A stretch of 32,000 nucleotides of DNA from Candidatus Omnitrophota bacterium (GCA_963662715.1 OY759724.1:450001-482000), one strand, 5' to 3'. Positions 19,560 through 27,302 are shown, counted from the first letter of the stretch. A program made the numbers and translations. The notes: a model not told the origin generated them from the sequence alone.

Positions 19560-20057
19560 TTACAAAAATATTTCTTCGATATACGTCCCATAGCCCCCCT
19601 GATCCTCGCCGTTCAGGGAGTCAGGATAGCCTATCATAAAGGCCAGATACTCCACATGTTCTTTGCTCTGCGTCTCCACATATGTTTGATTCAGGCTGTG
19701 CTGCCTCACAACAAAGGTCATAATGACAAGGAACAATAAAGAAGCCAAAACCCAAGCAGGTCTGGGGATGACAAGCTTTTTGAGAATGTCCGGCCATGGT
19801 CTAAAAGAATGAAAAACATCCGGAAGCGCCTCCCGTTCTTCAAGACTCTCTTTGATATTCGCCCAAACAGTCTCCGGTGTTTGCTCCCGTTCTATTTGTT
19901 CAAACGGCTCTATAACCTCCTGACGGGCCTGAGACGCAAACTCCCGGCAACGGGGACATTGCAGGAGGTGGGCTTCCAGTTCTTCTTTGGCCTCGCCTCT
20001 CATGCACCCATCCAGATAATCCGTCAGAATATAATCCTGCACTCTAGCACAATCCAT
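19560..20057 (-). CDS. Anti-sigma factor, zinc-finger (zf-HC2/ZAS) type, single-pass membrane protein
   Basis: 165 aa. The HX3CX2C motif is HLLQCPRC. One TM segment (AWVLASLLFLVIMTFVV) and a ~50-aa extracytoplasmic tail. The ATG overlaps the end of the sigma gene by 14 nt. Confidence 0.8.
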   Translation of the reverse strand: MDCARVQDYILTDYLDGCMRGEAKEELEAHLLQCPRCREFASQARQEVIEPFEQIEREQTPETVWANIKESLEEREALPDVFHSFRPWPDILKKLVIPRPAWVLASLLFLVIMTFVVRQHSLNQTYVETQSKEHVEYLAFMIGYPDSLNGEDQGGYGTYIEEIFL

Positions 20058-20607
20058 GCGTTATCTCCTCTTTTTTTAGAGACAGCAGTTTTTCCCGGGC
20101 CCGCTTGAGCCGGGAGCGGACCGCATTGATATCTATCTTCAAAGATTGCGCTATCTCCTCATAGCTCAACCCCTCAACGTTTCTCAGGACAATACAGATT
20201 TTTTGCTCCGGCGTCAGATAATTGAGTAGCCGTTCTATCAGGCAATCTTTATATTCCTTTTCCGTTAAGGCTTTCACATCATTCTTAACCTCTTGCGGTT
20301 CAAAGTTCTCATCATATTCCACCGCTTTGTTTTTGTGTTTTGCTTCTTTTTTCAAATAATTAAGCGTCATATTTACCGTTATCCGGTAAATCCAGGTTTT
20401 CAGGCTGGATTGATATCGGAAACTTTCTAATTTCCTATAAACGGTCATAAAAACCTCTTGGGTGATCTCCTCGGCATCTTCCCGGGACTGCGCTGTTCTC
20501 AAAGCCACATTAAAGACATAATTCGAATAAAATCTGAATATCATTTCAAAGGCGTCCAAATCCCCGTCTGCGGCTTTCAATATAATATCCTGTGAGACAT
20601 CCTGCAT
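20044..20607 (-). CDS. ECF (sigma-70 family group IV) RNA polymerase sigma factor
   Basis: Region 2 (AFEMIFRFYSNYVFNVALRTAQSREDAEEITQEVFMTVYRKLESFR) and region 4 (LTPEQKICIVLRNVEGLSYEEIAQSLKIDINAVRSRLKRAREKL). The track start 20622 is GTG placed against the SD. I prefer ATG 20607; the choice remains ambiguous. Confidence 0.85.
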   Translation of the reverse strand: MQDVSQDIILKAADGDLDAFEMIFRFYSNYVFNVALRTAQSREDAEEITQEVFMTVYRKLESFRYQSSLKTWIYRITVNMTLNYLKKEAKHKNKAVEYDENFEPQEVKNDVKALTEKEYKDCLIERLLNYLTPEQKICIVLRNVEGLSYEEIAQSLKIDINAVRSRLKRAREKLLSLKKEEITHGLC

Positions 20608-20632
20608 ATAGGACCCGACCACCTTTCATTTA

Positions 20633-20661
20633 TTTAGACAAAAAAATTCCTGAAAAAGTTA
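20633..20661 (-). promoter_or_regulatory. ECF-type promoter candidate P2 (TAACTT-N17-TCTAAA) directly upstream of the ECF sigma gene
   Basis: Minus strand aGTAACTTTTTCAGGAATTTTTTTGTCTAAAT lies in the 70-nt macB-sigma spacer. It has AAC in the -35 and GTCTAA in the -10, and is near-identical to P1 at 26607..26635 with the same spacing. Confidence 0.6.
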
Positions 20662-20677
20662 CTTTCGCTCGGAGACA

Positions 20678-22630
20678 TTATTCATATCTCAAGGCTTCCA
20701 CCGGTTTAAGCTGAGCCGCCTTTCTCGCAGGCCAAAGCCCAAAACAGATGCCGACAGCAACCGAAAATGTTGTGGCCAAAACAACGGAAAACACCGAAAC
20801 ACGGGTCGCCCAGCCGGCTACGTTGGCCAGCAGAAAAGCCGCGCCCGCACCGAGAGTAATGCCTATGATTCCGCCGGTTAGTGTCATGACAAGCGATTCG
20901 ATCAGGAACTGCGCCATAATATCGCTGTTCCTGGCCCCAATCGCCTTCCGCAACCCGATCTCACGGGTCCTTTCGGTTACGGATACTAACATTATATTCA
21001 TAATTCCAATGCCGCCAACAAATAATGATATGGCCGCGATACACCCCAAAAGCAAACTCATCGTCTGCGTTGTGCTGCTTAACATGTTTTGAATCTCGCT
21101 CATATCCCAGATACTGAAGGAATCCTCATCCTGGTATAAGCGGTGACGCTTCTGAATAAGCTTTTTTATTTCCTCTTTGGTTTCGTCCATCATATCAGCC
21201 TGAGAAACTTCCGCATATATGCCGTCCAGATAATTCTTGCCCAACACGCGGTACATTCCTGTCGTAACAGGGATATAGACGGTGTCATCCTGGTCGTGGG
21301 GGCCGGCAAATCCCTTTTCCTGAGCCACCCCGATCACCCGGAAATTTATTCTGTTGATTTTGATAATCTGCCCCACAGGATTTTTATTCCCGAACAGTTT
21401 ATCCAGGACCGTCACGCCAAGAACCGCGACTTTTGCCCGCCGCTGGATATCATCATCGCTAAACCATCGTCCTGTCATCGGAGTTGTGGCCCGCATCTCG
21501 GCATAATCGTATTCCACCCCTTCGATCCGGGTGCTCCAGTTTTCATTCTGATAAATCACCTGAGCACTTCCGCTGACAAAACCCGAGACTTTATTGATGG
21601 ACTCCAAAGTCCTTATGGCGTCAGCATCTTTAAGGGAAAACCTGGCAATGGACCCTGACCCGCTGGCTGCGCCACGATGTCTTGAGGACCCGCCTCTGAT
21701 GGACAGCAAATTGGAGCCTAAAGATTTCAGTTCCTTTTCCAAAGACGTCTTGGCCCCTTCTCCCAAAGCCATCATGGCAATAACAGCGGCAACGCCGACT
21801 AAAATTCCCAGCATCGAAAGAAAGGAACGGACTTTATTCGCCATAATAGCCCTTATGGCCTGATAAAAATGCACGACCATCTCACCCTTATTCCAGATAC
21901 TCCGCCTGACCAGAGTCAAGGAAGTGCGCTCTTGGCTTTGAGCGGCTTTCACGTCTTTCTCTTTCACTTCATCACTGACAATTTCGCCGTCTCTCATGCG
22001 AATGACCCGCTTGGCATATCCGGCGACCTCTTCTTCATGGGTCACCATAATAACGCTTTTGCCCTTTTCATTCAAAGCCTTAAGAATCTGCATGATTTCC
22101 TGCTGGCTCTTTGTATCTAAATTCCCCGTCGGTTCATCGGCAAAGATGATCAAAGGATCTTTGACAAGCGCACGCGCGATGGCCACCCTCTGCTGCTGGC
22201 CGCCGGAAAGCTCGCTGGGACAGTGCGACAGCCTGTCCTTTAACCCCACAGACTCGAGCCTGTCAACAGCCTTTTGAGCCATGTTCCCGTTCGAACCGGA
22301 ATAGATATACGGAAGGCTGACATTATCCAGGGCATTGACTCTTCTTAAAAGATGAAACTGCTGGAAGACAAAACCCAGCAGCTGATTTCTCAGCCCCGCC
22401 AGTTCATCGTCAGAATACCTGCTGACCTCCTTGTTCAAAATGTAATATTCTCCGGAGTCCGGCCGGTCCAGGAACCCAAGGACATGCAGCAGAGTCGATT
22501 TCCCTGACCCGGAAGGGCCCATAATGGCCACAAACTCTCCTTCTTCTATGCGAAGAGAAACATTCTTGAGAGCCGGAACCGCAATATCTCCCATGACGTA
22601 GGTTTTAGAAATATTTCTCAGTTCAATCAT
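20678..22630 (-). CDS. macB: MacB-type ABC transporter, fused ATPase and FtsX-like permease
   Basis: 650 aa. Walker A GPSGSGKST, signature LSGGQQQRVAIARAL, Walker B IIFADEPTGNLD. These are followed by a TM, a large periplasmic domain and a C-terminal FtsX-type 3-TM bundle. Confidence 0.88.
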   Translation of the reverse strand: MIELRNISKTYVMGDIAVPALKNVSLRIEEGEFVAIMGPSGSGKSTLLHVLGFLDRPDSGEYYILNKEVSRYSDDELAGLRNQLLGFVFQQFHLLRRVNALDNVSLPYIYSGSNGNMAQKAVDRLESVGLKDRLSHCPSELSGGQQQRVAIARALVKDPLIIFADEPTGNLDTKSQQEIMQILKALNEKGKSVIMVTHEEEVAGYAKRVIRMRDGEIVSDEVKEKDVKAAQSQERTSLTLVRRSIWNKGEMVVHFYQAIRAIMANKVRSFLSMLGILVGVAAVIAMMALGEGAKTSLEKELKSLGSNLLSIRGGSSRHRGAASGSGSIARFSLKDADAIRTLESINKVSGFVSGSAQVIYQNENWSTRIEGVEYDYAEMRATTPMTGRWFSDDDIQRRAKVAVLGVTVLDKLFGNKNPVGQIIKINRINFRVIGVAQEKGFAGPHDQDDTVYIPVTTGMYRVLGKNYLDGIYAEVSQADMMDETKEEIKKLIQKRHRLYQDEDSFSIWDMSEIQNMLSSTTQTMSLLLGCIAAISLFVGGIGIMNIMLVSVTERTREIGLRKAIGARNSDIMAQFLIESLVMTLTGGIIGITLGAGAAFLLANVAGWATRVSVFSVVLATTFSVAVGICFGLWPARKAAQLKPVEALRYE

Positions 22631-22635
22631 AAGAT

Positions 22636-23601
22636 TTACTTCTTCCTTTGGGGAGGTTTCGGCATAAAAGGATTGCTTCCCGATGAGGTTTTCTGAAGAA
22701 TAAAAGTCTGATTCTGTATAACCACAGTATCTGCTTCACTGATACCGGATATGATTTCAATATTCTGGTCATCCTGGATCCCTGTTGTCACGGGTGTCGG
22801 AACGATCTCTCCCGAAAAAGGATGTTTTGATAAAACAAATGTCTTTCCATCTCTGTTGTTTACGGCTTCAATCGGAAGCAAGACCGCATTTTGTTTTTCC
22901 TGGACAACGACCTCGACATTAGCGCTCATACCGGAACGGAAGACCTCGGGGATATTTGCCGGCAAAATATCAACGCCATAAATCGTCACATTATTCACCA
23001 GCTCGGATTCGTAGGAGATGTGGTCGACTTTTGCGCTGACATGGATGTCCGGATAAGCATCCAAACCGATCATCGCCGTCTGGCCGGTTTTAATCTCACC
23101 GATATCTGTTTCATCCACATCAGCCTGGACAATCAGACGGTCGGAAAGGACAAGAACCGCGTCGCTCGTCGTCACAGTCTGACCCGGTTCAACCGAACGC
23201 ACAATGACCTCTCCGTCAATAGGCGCAATCAAAGGGGTTGATTTGTAAACATTCTGCCAGTATTCCAGCTCTTCGTGCCCCTTTAATCTGGCGGCATCAA
23301 GCAACGCGGCCCGTTCCGTTGAACTCATTAAGGCCAAAATATCCCCGGCTTTAACCGTCTGACCTTCTTGGACTTCAATTTCTTCAACACGCCCCGCAAT
23401 AGGCGGATTTATCTCCAGACGGTTCTGGGGCTCCACAGTGCCTGTGGTTGATATGGTCTTCTGAATGCTGCCGACGGTTGGTTGGATTTCCTTGATATCT
23501 ATAACCGCGTCTTTCTTGCCATGCATTTTCAAAAAGGCCACTCCTAAAAACAAAACCAAAATAAACAAAAAAATAATTTTCTTATTCCCTTTTTTAGTCA
23601 T
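22636..23601 (-). CDS. macA: Periplasmic adaptor (membrane fusion protein, HlyD/MacA family)
   Basis: Start moved to ATG 23601 (MTKKGNKKIIFLFILVLFLGVAFL anchor), which has an AAAGGAGGGA SD and an 8-nt overlap (ATGACTAA) with the tolC-like stop. Lipoyl/beta-barrel blocks such as PIAGRVEEIEVQEGQTVKAGDILA. Confidence 0.82.
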   Translation of the reverse strand: MTKKGNKKIIFLFILVLFLGVAFLKMHGKKDAVIDIKEIQPTVGSIQKTISTTGTVEPQNRLEINPPIAGRVEEIEVQEGQTVKAGDILALMSSTERAALLDAARLKGHEELEYWQNVYKSTPLIAPIDGEVIVRSVEPGQTVTTSDAVLVLSDRLIVQADVDETDIGEIKTGQTAMIGLDAYPDIHVSAKVDHISYESELVNNVTIYGVDILPANIPEVFRSGMSANVEVVVQEKQNAVLLPIEAVNNRDGKTFVLSKHPFSGEIVPTPVTTGIQDDQNIEIISGISEADTVVIQNQTFILQKTSSGSNPFMPKPPQRKK

Positions 23602-24865
23602 AATCCAAAGTCCCTCCTTTGGCTTGAATCCATTTTGCTTCCGCGATGAGAAGATTGGCCTGAGCATCTAAGAACGCCTTTTTTGAACTGACCTGATTGT
23701 CTTCAATAATGATCCAGTCATCAAAAGTGATAAGCCCTGCGGAATATTGGGCGTCGGCAATCTTGGCTCGTTCTTCTGTCGCTTCTAAAAACTTTTTCTG
23801 TACAGACACATAGCCTAAAGCATCCATAAAATCTGTCCACGTTTCCTGCAAGGTCAAAATTATGCTGTCACGCCCGCTACGCTCGTCTGCCTGAGCCTGT
23901 TTCAGTTTTGCTTCGGCTTTCGACACCTTGGCCGTCCGGCTGCCACCTTCAAATAACGACCAAGACACGCGCACCCCCATGCCCCAGTCCTGACCGTCGG
24001 GAGGCCAGTCCGATCCCGAACGCCCGGCCGATGAACTCAAATAAACTTCAGGGAAAAAACCAGCCTTCTCTGAATTAAGGCTGAATTTCGCCGCGTCTTT
24101 CAGAGCAGCCAGTTCTTTCAACAGCGGTGTGGTGTCGGCTATTTTCTGGAAATCCGGTTTATTGCTGTCGTGATTAAAAACGGAAAAATCCCCCTCAACC
24201 GCAATAAGCTCCTGGGCCTCCCGGCCCATGCTTTTCATTAACTGCAGCTGGGCCAAGGAAAGATACCGTTGGGCCTGTTCGACTTCAAAAGCGGCGTTGG
24301 CCAGATCCGCTTCCGCGGTTAACAAAGCCCCTTTATGTTCCCGTCCGGCCTCATAGCGCAGCTGTACCAACTTTAAATTCTGCTTTCTGCGCTCCAGGAT
24401 AGACTCGGTAAGAGCGACAAGTTCCTGCGCTTTTAAAAGCTCGGCAAACGATCTCCTTAAATCCAAACGGATGTTAGCAGAGGTTACAGCATAATTATAT
24501 TCTGACACTTTAACGCCTGCATCCGCGCCTTTCAAATCCTGGGATGTTTTGAAACCATCAAATAATAATTGCTGGCCGCTGACAGAATAGGAATATAATT
24601 CGGCCCTCTCCTGACCTCCGCTCTTGGAGGTCCCCGCACTCAACTCTGTGCTAACGCTCGGCAGCATGGCACTGCGCGCAACAGTCTTATCCGCCCCGGC
24701 CTGCTCTAACTCAGCCACAGCCGAAACCAGTTCCGGATTGTTTTCAAGAGTTTCCCGTATACAATCCTGCCACGTCAACGTTTGCACCGTTTCTGCCTGA
24801 ACCGAGACAACCGAACAGCACAAAAATAGGGCCGCAACACTCTGTATAATGAAGTTTTTGTTCAT
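23594..24865 (-). CDS. TolC-family outer membrane efflux channel
   Basis: Start moved to ATG 24865 (MNKNFIIQSVAALFLCCSVVSVQA signal peptide). It shows the two-repeat OEP architecture with the typical LTWQDCIRETLENNPEL N-terminus. Confidence 0.82.
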   Translation of the reverse strand: MNKNFIIQSVAALFLCCSVVSVQAETVQTLTWQDCIRETLENNPELVSAVAELEQAGADKTVARSAMLPSVSTELSAGTSKSGGQERAELYSYSVSGQQLLFDGFKTSQDLKGADAGVKVSEYNYAVTSANIRLDLRRSFAELLKAQELVALTESILERRKQNLKLVQLRYEAGREHKGALLTAEADLANAAFEVEQAQRYLSLAQLQLMKSMGREAQELIAVEGDFSVFNHDSNKPDFQKIADTTPLLKELAALKDAAKFSLNSEKAGFFPEVYLSSSAGRSGSDWPPDGQDWGMGVRVSWSLFEGGSRTAKVSKAEAKLKQAQADERSGRDSIILTLQETWTDFMDALGYVSVQKKFLEATEERAKIADAQYSAGLITFDDWIIIEDNQVSSKKAFLDAQANLLIAEAKWIQAKGGTLDYD

Positions 24866-25007
24866 TCTATGATTCCCTTTACCGTAAACAATGACCGCAG
24901 GAGAAAAAACCGTCCGTGACCAGGAGACATGTCCGCCCAAACAGGCCGGATAGTATTATCCGACGAATTGGTCATTTTTAATTCATCTTTTTTATTTTTT
25001 TCCATTA

Positions 25008-25379
25008 TTAAAACGCTGAATCCCCGTTCAAATATCGGGACAATCTCTTTTTTATTTCATTCAGAGAGTTCTCCAGCTCCAGCCGCTTCGCCCGCAACAA
25101 TTTCATCTTCTGTCCCTGATCCTCTATGCTCTCCGGGGCTCTCTTCCTGATTTCTTCCTTCCATTGCAACATTTGTTCATCATTAAGATATTGAGATAAT
25201 TTTTGTTCCAGTTCATCCAAATAATTCTCAAGCTCTGTCCGCTTCGCTTCCAGAATTTTCACTTTCTCTTTATCGAGCTGTGTCATGACCTTTTCCCTCT
25301 TCCGGATCTCTTCTTTAATGAATATCACTATTTGACGCAATTGATCATCGTCAAAATTAAACGGCTCTTTCCTATTCAT
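25008..25379 (-). CDS. Small coiled-coil protein without a signal peptide, with an internal duplication; paralogue of the upstream periplasmic protein
   Basis: 123 aa. Repeats ILEAKRTELENYLDELEQKLSQYLNDEQ and LLRAKRLELENSLNEIKKRLSRYLNGD. It shares LSQYLNDEQMLQWKEEIRKR with LAQYLSDEQIAKWKTLQQERK of the 25455..25892 product. GGGGCAGGG SD. Confidence 0.6.
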   Translation of the reverse strand: MNRKEPFNFDDDQLRQIVIFIKEEIRKREKVMTQLDKEKVKILEAKRTELENYLDELEQKLSQYLNDEQMLQWKEEIRKRAPESIEDQGQKMKLLRAKRLELENSLNEIKKRLSRYLNGDSAF

Positions 25380-25454
25380 AATGCCCTGCCCCCGGCCCTT
25401 GGACCAGCTTCATAACGGTCTGACGCTTCTGCAGAGGTGTGTGAACCTCACCCT

Positions 25455-25892
25455 TTAGAAATCATTGTTCCCTGGTGGCGAACTTTCTCCCGCCTCACCA
25501 TTCATGCGCTCCCGCATGAAATTTTTTCTCTTTGATTTCCTCTCTTGCTGCAGGGTTTTCCATTTCGCTATCTGCTCATCGCTGAGATATTGGGCCAGCT
25601 GCGTTTCCGTCTCCTGAGTTATCTTTTCCATTCCCGTCTTAATGGATGAGGTGGCCTCCCGCCCTTGCCCCTTCATTTGCTTCATTAATTCCCCGCGTTT
25701 TTGGACATCCTCTTTAATAACAGGGATAATCTGCTGAATTTGTTCGTTTGTCAAATTCAGCTCTTGTGCCATTTTATTGACAATGTCTTCCGCGCCGGGG
25801 CCGCGGCCCGGGCCCCGCATCTGAGCGCAAACACCGCCTGAAAAGAACATAATCATACATACAGCTAAAATCCATTTCTGCAGACGAACCAT
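25455..25892 (-). CDS. Periplasmic LTXXQ-like helical protein (Spy/CpxP-like)
   Basis: 145 aa. Signal peptide MVRLQKWILAVCMIMFFSGGVCAQ. Motif ELNLTNEQIQQI (compare ELNLTPEQQKQI in the 19012..19536 product) and a second degenerate motif YLSDEQIAKW. GAAAGGGG SD. Confidence 0.65.
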   Translation of the reverse strand: MVRLQKWILAVCMIMFFSGGVCAQMRGPGRGPGAEDIVNKMAQELNLTNEQIQQIIPVIKEDVQKRGELMKQMKGQGREATSSIKTGMEKITQETETQLAQYLSDEQIAKWKTLQQERKSKRKNFMRERMNGEAGESSPPGNNDF

Positions 25893-25919
25893 TGACGGCC
25901 CCTTTCATATTACAGCGAA

Positions 25920-26558
25920 TTAATCGGATTTTTTCCCGTACATCAATTTCAATTGTTTAACAGACGGGAAATCCGGATAATACTCCCCTTGCGGGCCGAT
26001 AAAACCTTTCCCCGACTCTTTTATAGTGACAGGGATATACTCCCCGGAAGGGCCGGGGATATAAACGGTATAAGCATCCCCGGAACCCGACACCCCGGAC
26101 ACCTCGGCAGGGGGAGCCGCCTCTTTAACTTTTATGGCCTGGGGAAGTTCCGCGATCTGATATACCGGGTCATCAACAACCACATATCCTGTACGTCCCC
26201 TCAAATAATAAGTATCATTATAATAATAGTAAACAGCTCCGTTAATGATAATGGTCTTATAACCGGGGGTCAAATCAGGTACGACCGCTCCGACAGGGGC
26301 ATCAACAATCACATGGCCTATCGGGCCCTTCTTGTAAAAATATCCGTCATGATAAGCATACCTTACGCCCGCGTGGAGAATAATCTCTGTCAGCAATTCC
26401 GGGAGTGTCACCACGCTTCCTCTATAAGGATGCCGATGAGGCGGCTTTTCCATCCTGCGCGGTCCCATGCCTGCGGCCGCGGGTGAAGCGTTTCCCAAGA
26501 CAGCGAACATAAACAAAAATACCGCTAAAATAAACGAAAAAGATTGCCTGTGTTTCAT
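25920..26558 (-). CDS. Secreted Tyr/Gly-rich tandem-repeat protein of unknown function (resembles the DUF6515-type family, from memory)
   Basis: Start moved to ATG 26558 (MKHRQSFSFILAVFLFMFAVLGNASPAAA signal peptide), which has an AAAGGAGATGGG SD. The longer track ORF would run through a terminator and a promoter. Tandem units: GVRYAYHDGYFYKKGPIGHVIVDAPVGAVVP and GAVYYYYNDTYYLRGRTGYVVVDDPVYQIAE. Confidence 0.65.
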   Translation of the reverse strand: MKHRQSFSFILAVFLFMFAVLGNASPAAAGMGPRRMEKPPHRHPYRGSVVTLPELLTEIILHAGVRYAYHDGYFYKKGPIGHVIVDAPVGAVVPDLTPGYKTIIINGAVYYYYNDTYYLRGRTGYVVVDDPVYQIAELPQAIKVKEAAPPAEVSGVSGSGDAYTVYIPGPSGEYIPVTIKESGKGFIGPQGEYYPDFPSVKQLKLMYGKKSD

Positions 26559-26606
26559 AATCCCATCTCCTTTTGAAAGGTTATGAATCTCTTGTGCTTT
26601 TGTCTG

Positions 26607-26635
26607 ATTAGACAAGGCTGGCTTCAAAAAAGTTA
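26607..26635 (-). promoter_or_regulatory. ECF-type promoter candidate P1 (TAACTT-N17-TCTAAT) upstream of the first gene of the envelope cluster
   Basis: Minus strand aGTAACTTTTTTGAAGCCAGCCTTGTCTAATCAGACAA, about 48 nt upstream of ATG 26558. The -10 is embedded in the inverted repeat TTGTCT-AATC-AGACAA. It matches P2 in both elements and in spacing. Confidence 0.6.
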
Positions 26636-26674
26636 CTGAAAAAAACAAATAAATACGCTTATAAAAACAGACAT

Positions 26675-26710
26675 AAAAAAACCCTTTGCGGTGAATCTGC
26701 CCGCAAAGGG
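26675..26710 (-). terminator. Rho-independent terminator after the nitroreductase gene
   Basis: Minus strand CCCTTTGCGG-9 nt loop-CCGCAAAGGG (a 10-bp perfect stem) followed by T7, about 60 nt after stop 26772. Confidence 0.88.
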
Positions 26711-26771
26711 TGCGTGTTGACACAAACATATTCTCTCAAATTCCGGCTCAGCGCATATAACGCCCTGTTCT

Positions 26772-27302
26772 TTAGTCGCCCTGCCCCCACTTGTTCCAGA
26801 AAACATGTGAAGCATCGAATTTGTCTCTGGGTTTCTCTTCTCCTGAGGGGATGCCAACGGCAATCACGCATAAAGGCGCGATAGTCTCCGGAAGACCTAA
26901 AGCCTCTTTGACAAAGGAAACCCGTTCAACGCGGGGATGAGCCGCCGTCCAGCAGGCTCCCAGCCCTAACGCTTGTGCCGCTATTAAAATATTCTGGGCA
27001 GCCGCGGAACAGTCCTGTATCCAGTAATCGGTCTCTGCGCCGCCGTGGGCCACGGATAAATCGCTCGTGACAACAATGGCATGCTTGGCCGTTAAAAGCA
27101 TTTTTGAGTAAGGCAATCCCTCGGTCAGTTTCTTAACGACCTCTTCGTCATTAACAATCACAAAATTAAAATGACGGGTATCCCGGGAACTCGGCGCGGA
27201 CATCCCGGCCCGGGCCAGAGTCAGAAGGTATTCCTGTTTGACCGGTTCTCCGGTATACTTCCTGATGCTCCGACGGTCAAAAATAACGCTCAGCATATCC
27301 AT
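26772..27302 (-). CDS. Nitroreductase-family flavoprotein
   Basis: 176 aa. N-terminal IFDRRSIRKYTGEPV is the hallmark RRSxRxY/F motif. The central and C-terminal blocks (DCSAAAQNILIAAQALGLGACW) are typical of the family. AAAGGATGA SD. Confidence 0.85.
   Translation of the reverse strand: MDMLSVIFDRRSIRKYTGEPVKQEYLLTLARAGMSAPSSRDTRHFNFVIVNDEEVVKKLTEGLPYSKMLLTAKHAIVVTSDLSVAHGGAETDYWIQDCSAAAQNILIAAQALGLGACWTAAHPRVERVSFVKEALGLPETIAPLCVIAVGIPSGEEKPRDKFDASHVFWNKWGQGD

Noticed and set aside
24866-24940. Longest-ORF start codons in the track for tolC (24940), macA (23667), cbiO (29576), cbiQ (30262, TTG), helicase (15797, TTG), LTXXQ protein (19560), sigma (20622, GTG) and speH (12464, GTG)
   Set aside because: In each case a downstream ATG has a better SD, gives a canonical N-terminus (a signal peptide or a conserved first motif), or produces a typical overlap with the upstream stop. 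The extensions look like read-through of spacer or neighbouring coding sequence.
26559-26729. N-terminal 57-aa extension of the 269-aa track ORF (25920..26729)
   Set aside because: The extension would read through the intrinsic terminator (26675..26710) and the P1 promoter. The internal ATG 26558 has a strong SD and is followed by a proper signal peptide.
26772-27302. Nitroreductase as BluB (5,6-dimethylbenzimidazole synthase), given its proximity to a Co/Ni transporter
   Set aside because: At 176 aa it is shorter than BluB-type proteins. It has its own sigma70-like promoter and its own terminator, so it is not part of the transporter operon, and no cobalamin genes are nearby. A generic nitroreductase-family call is all the sequence supports.
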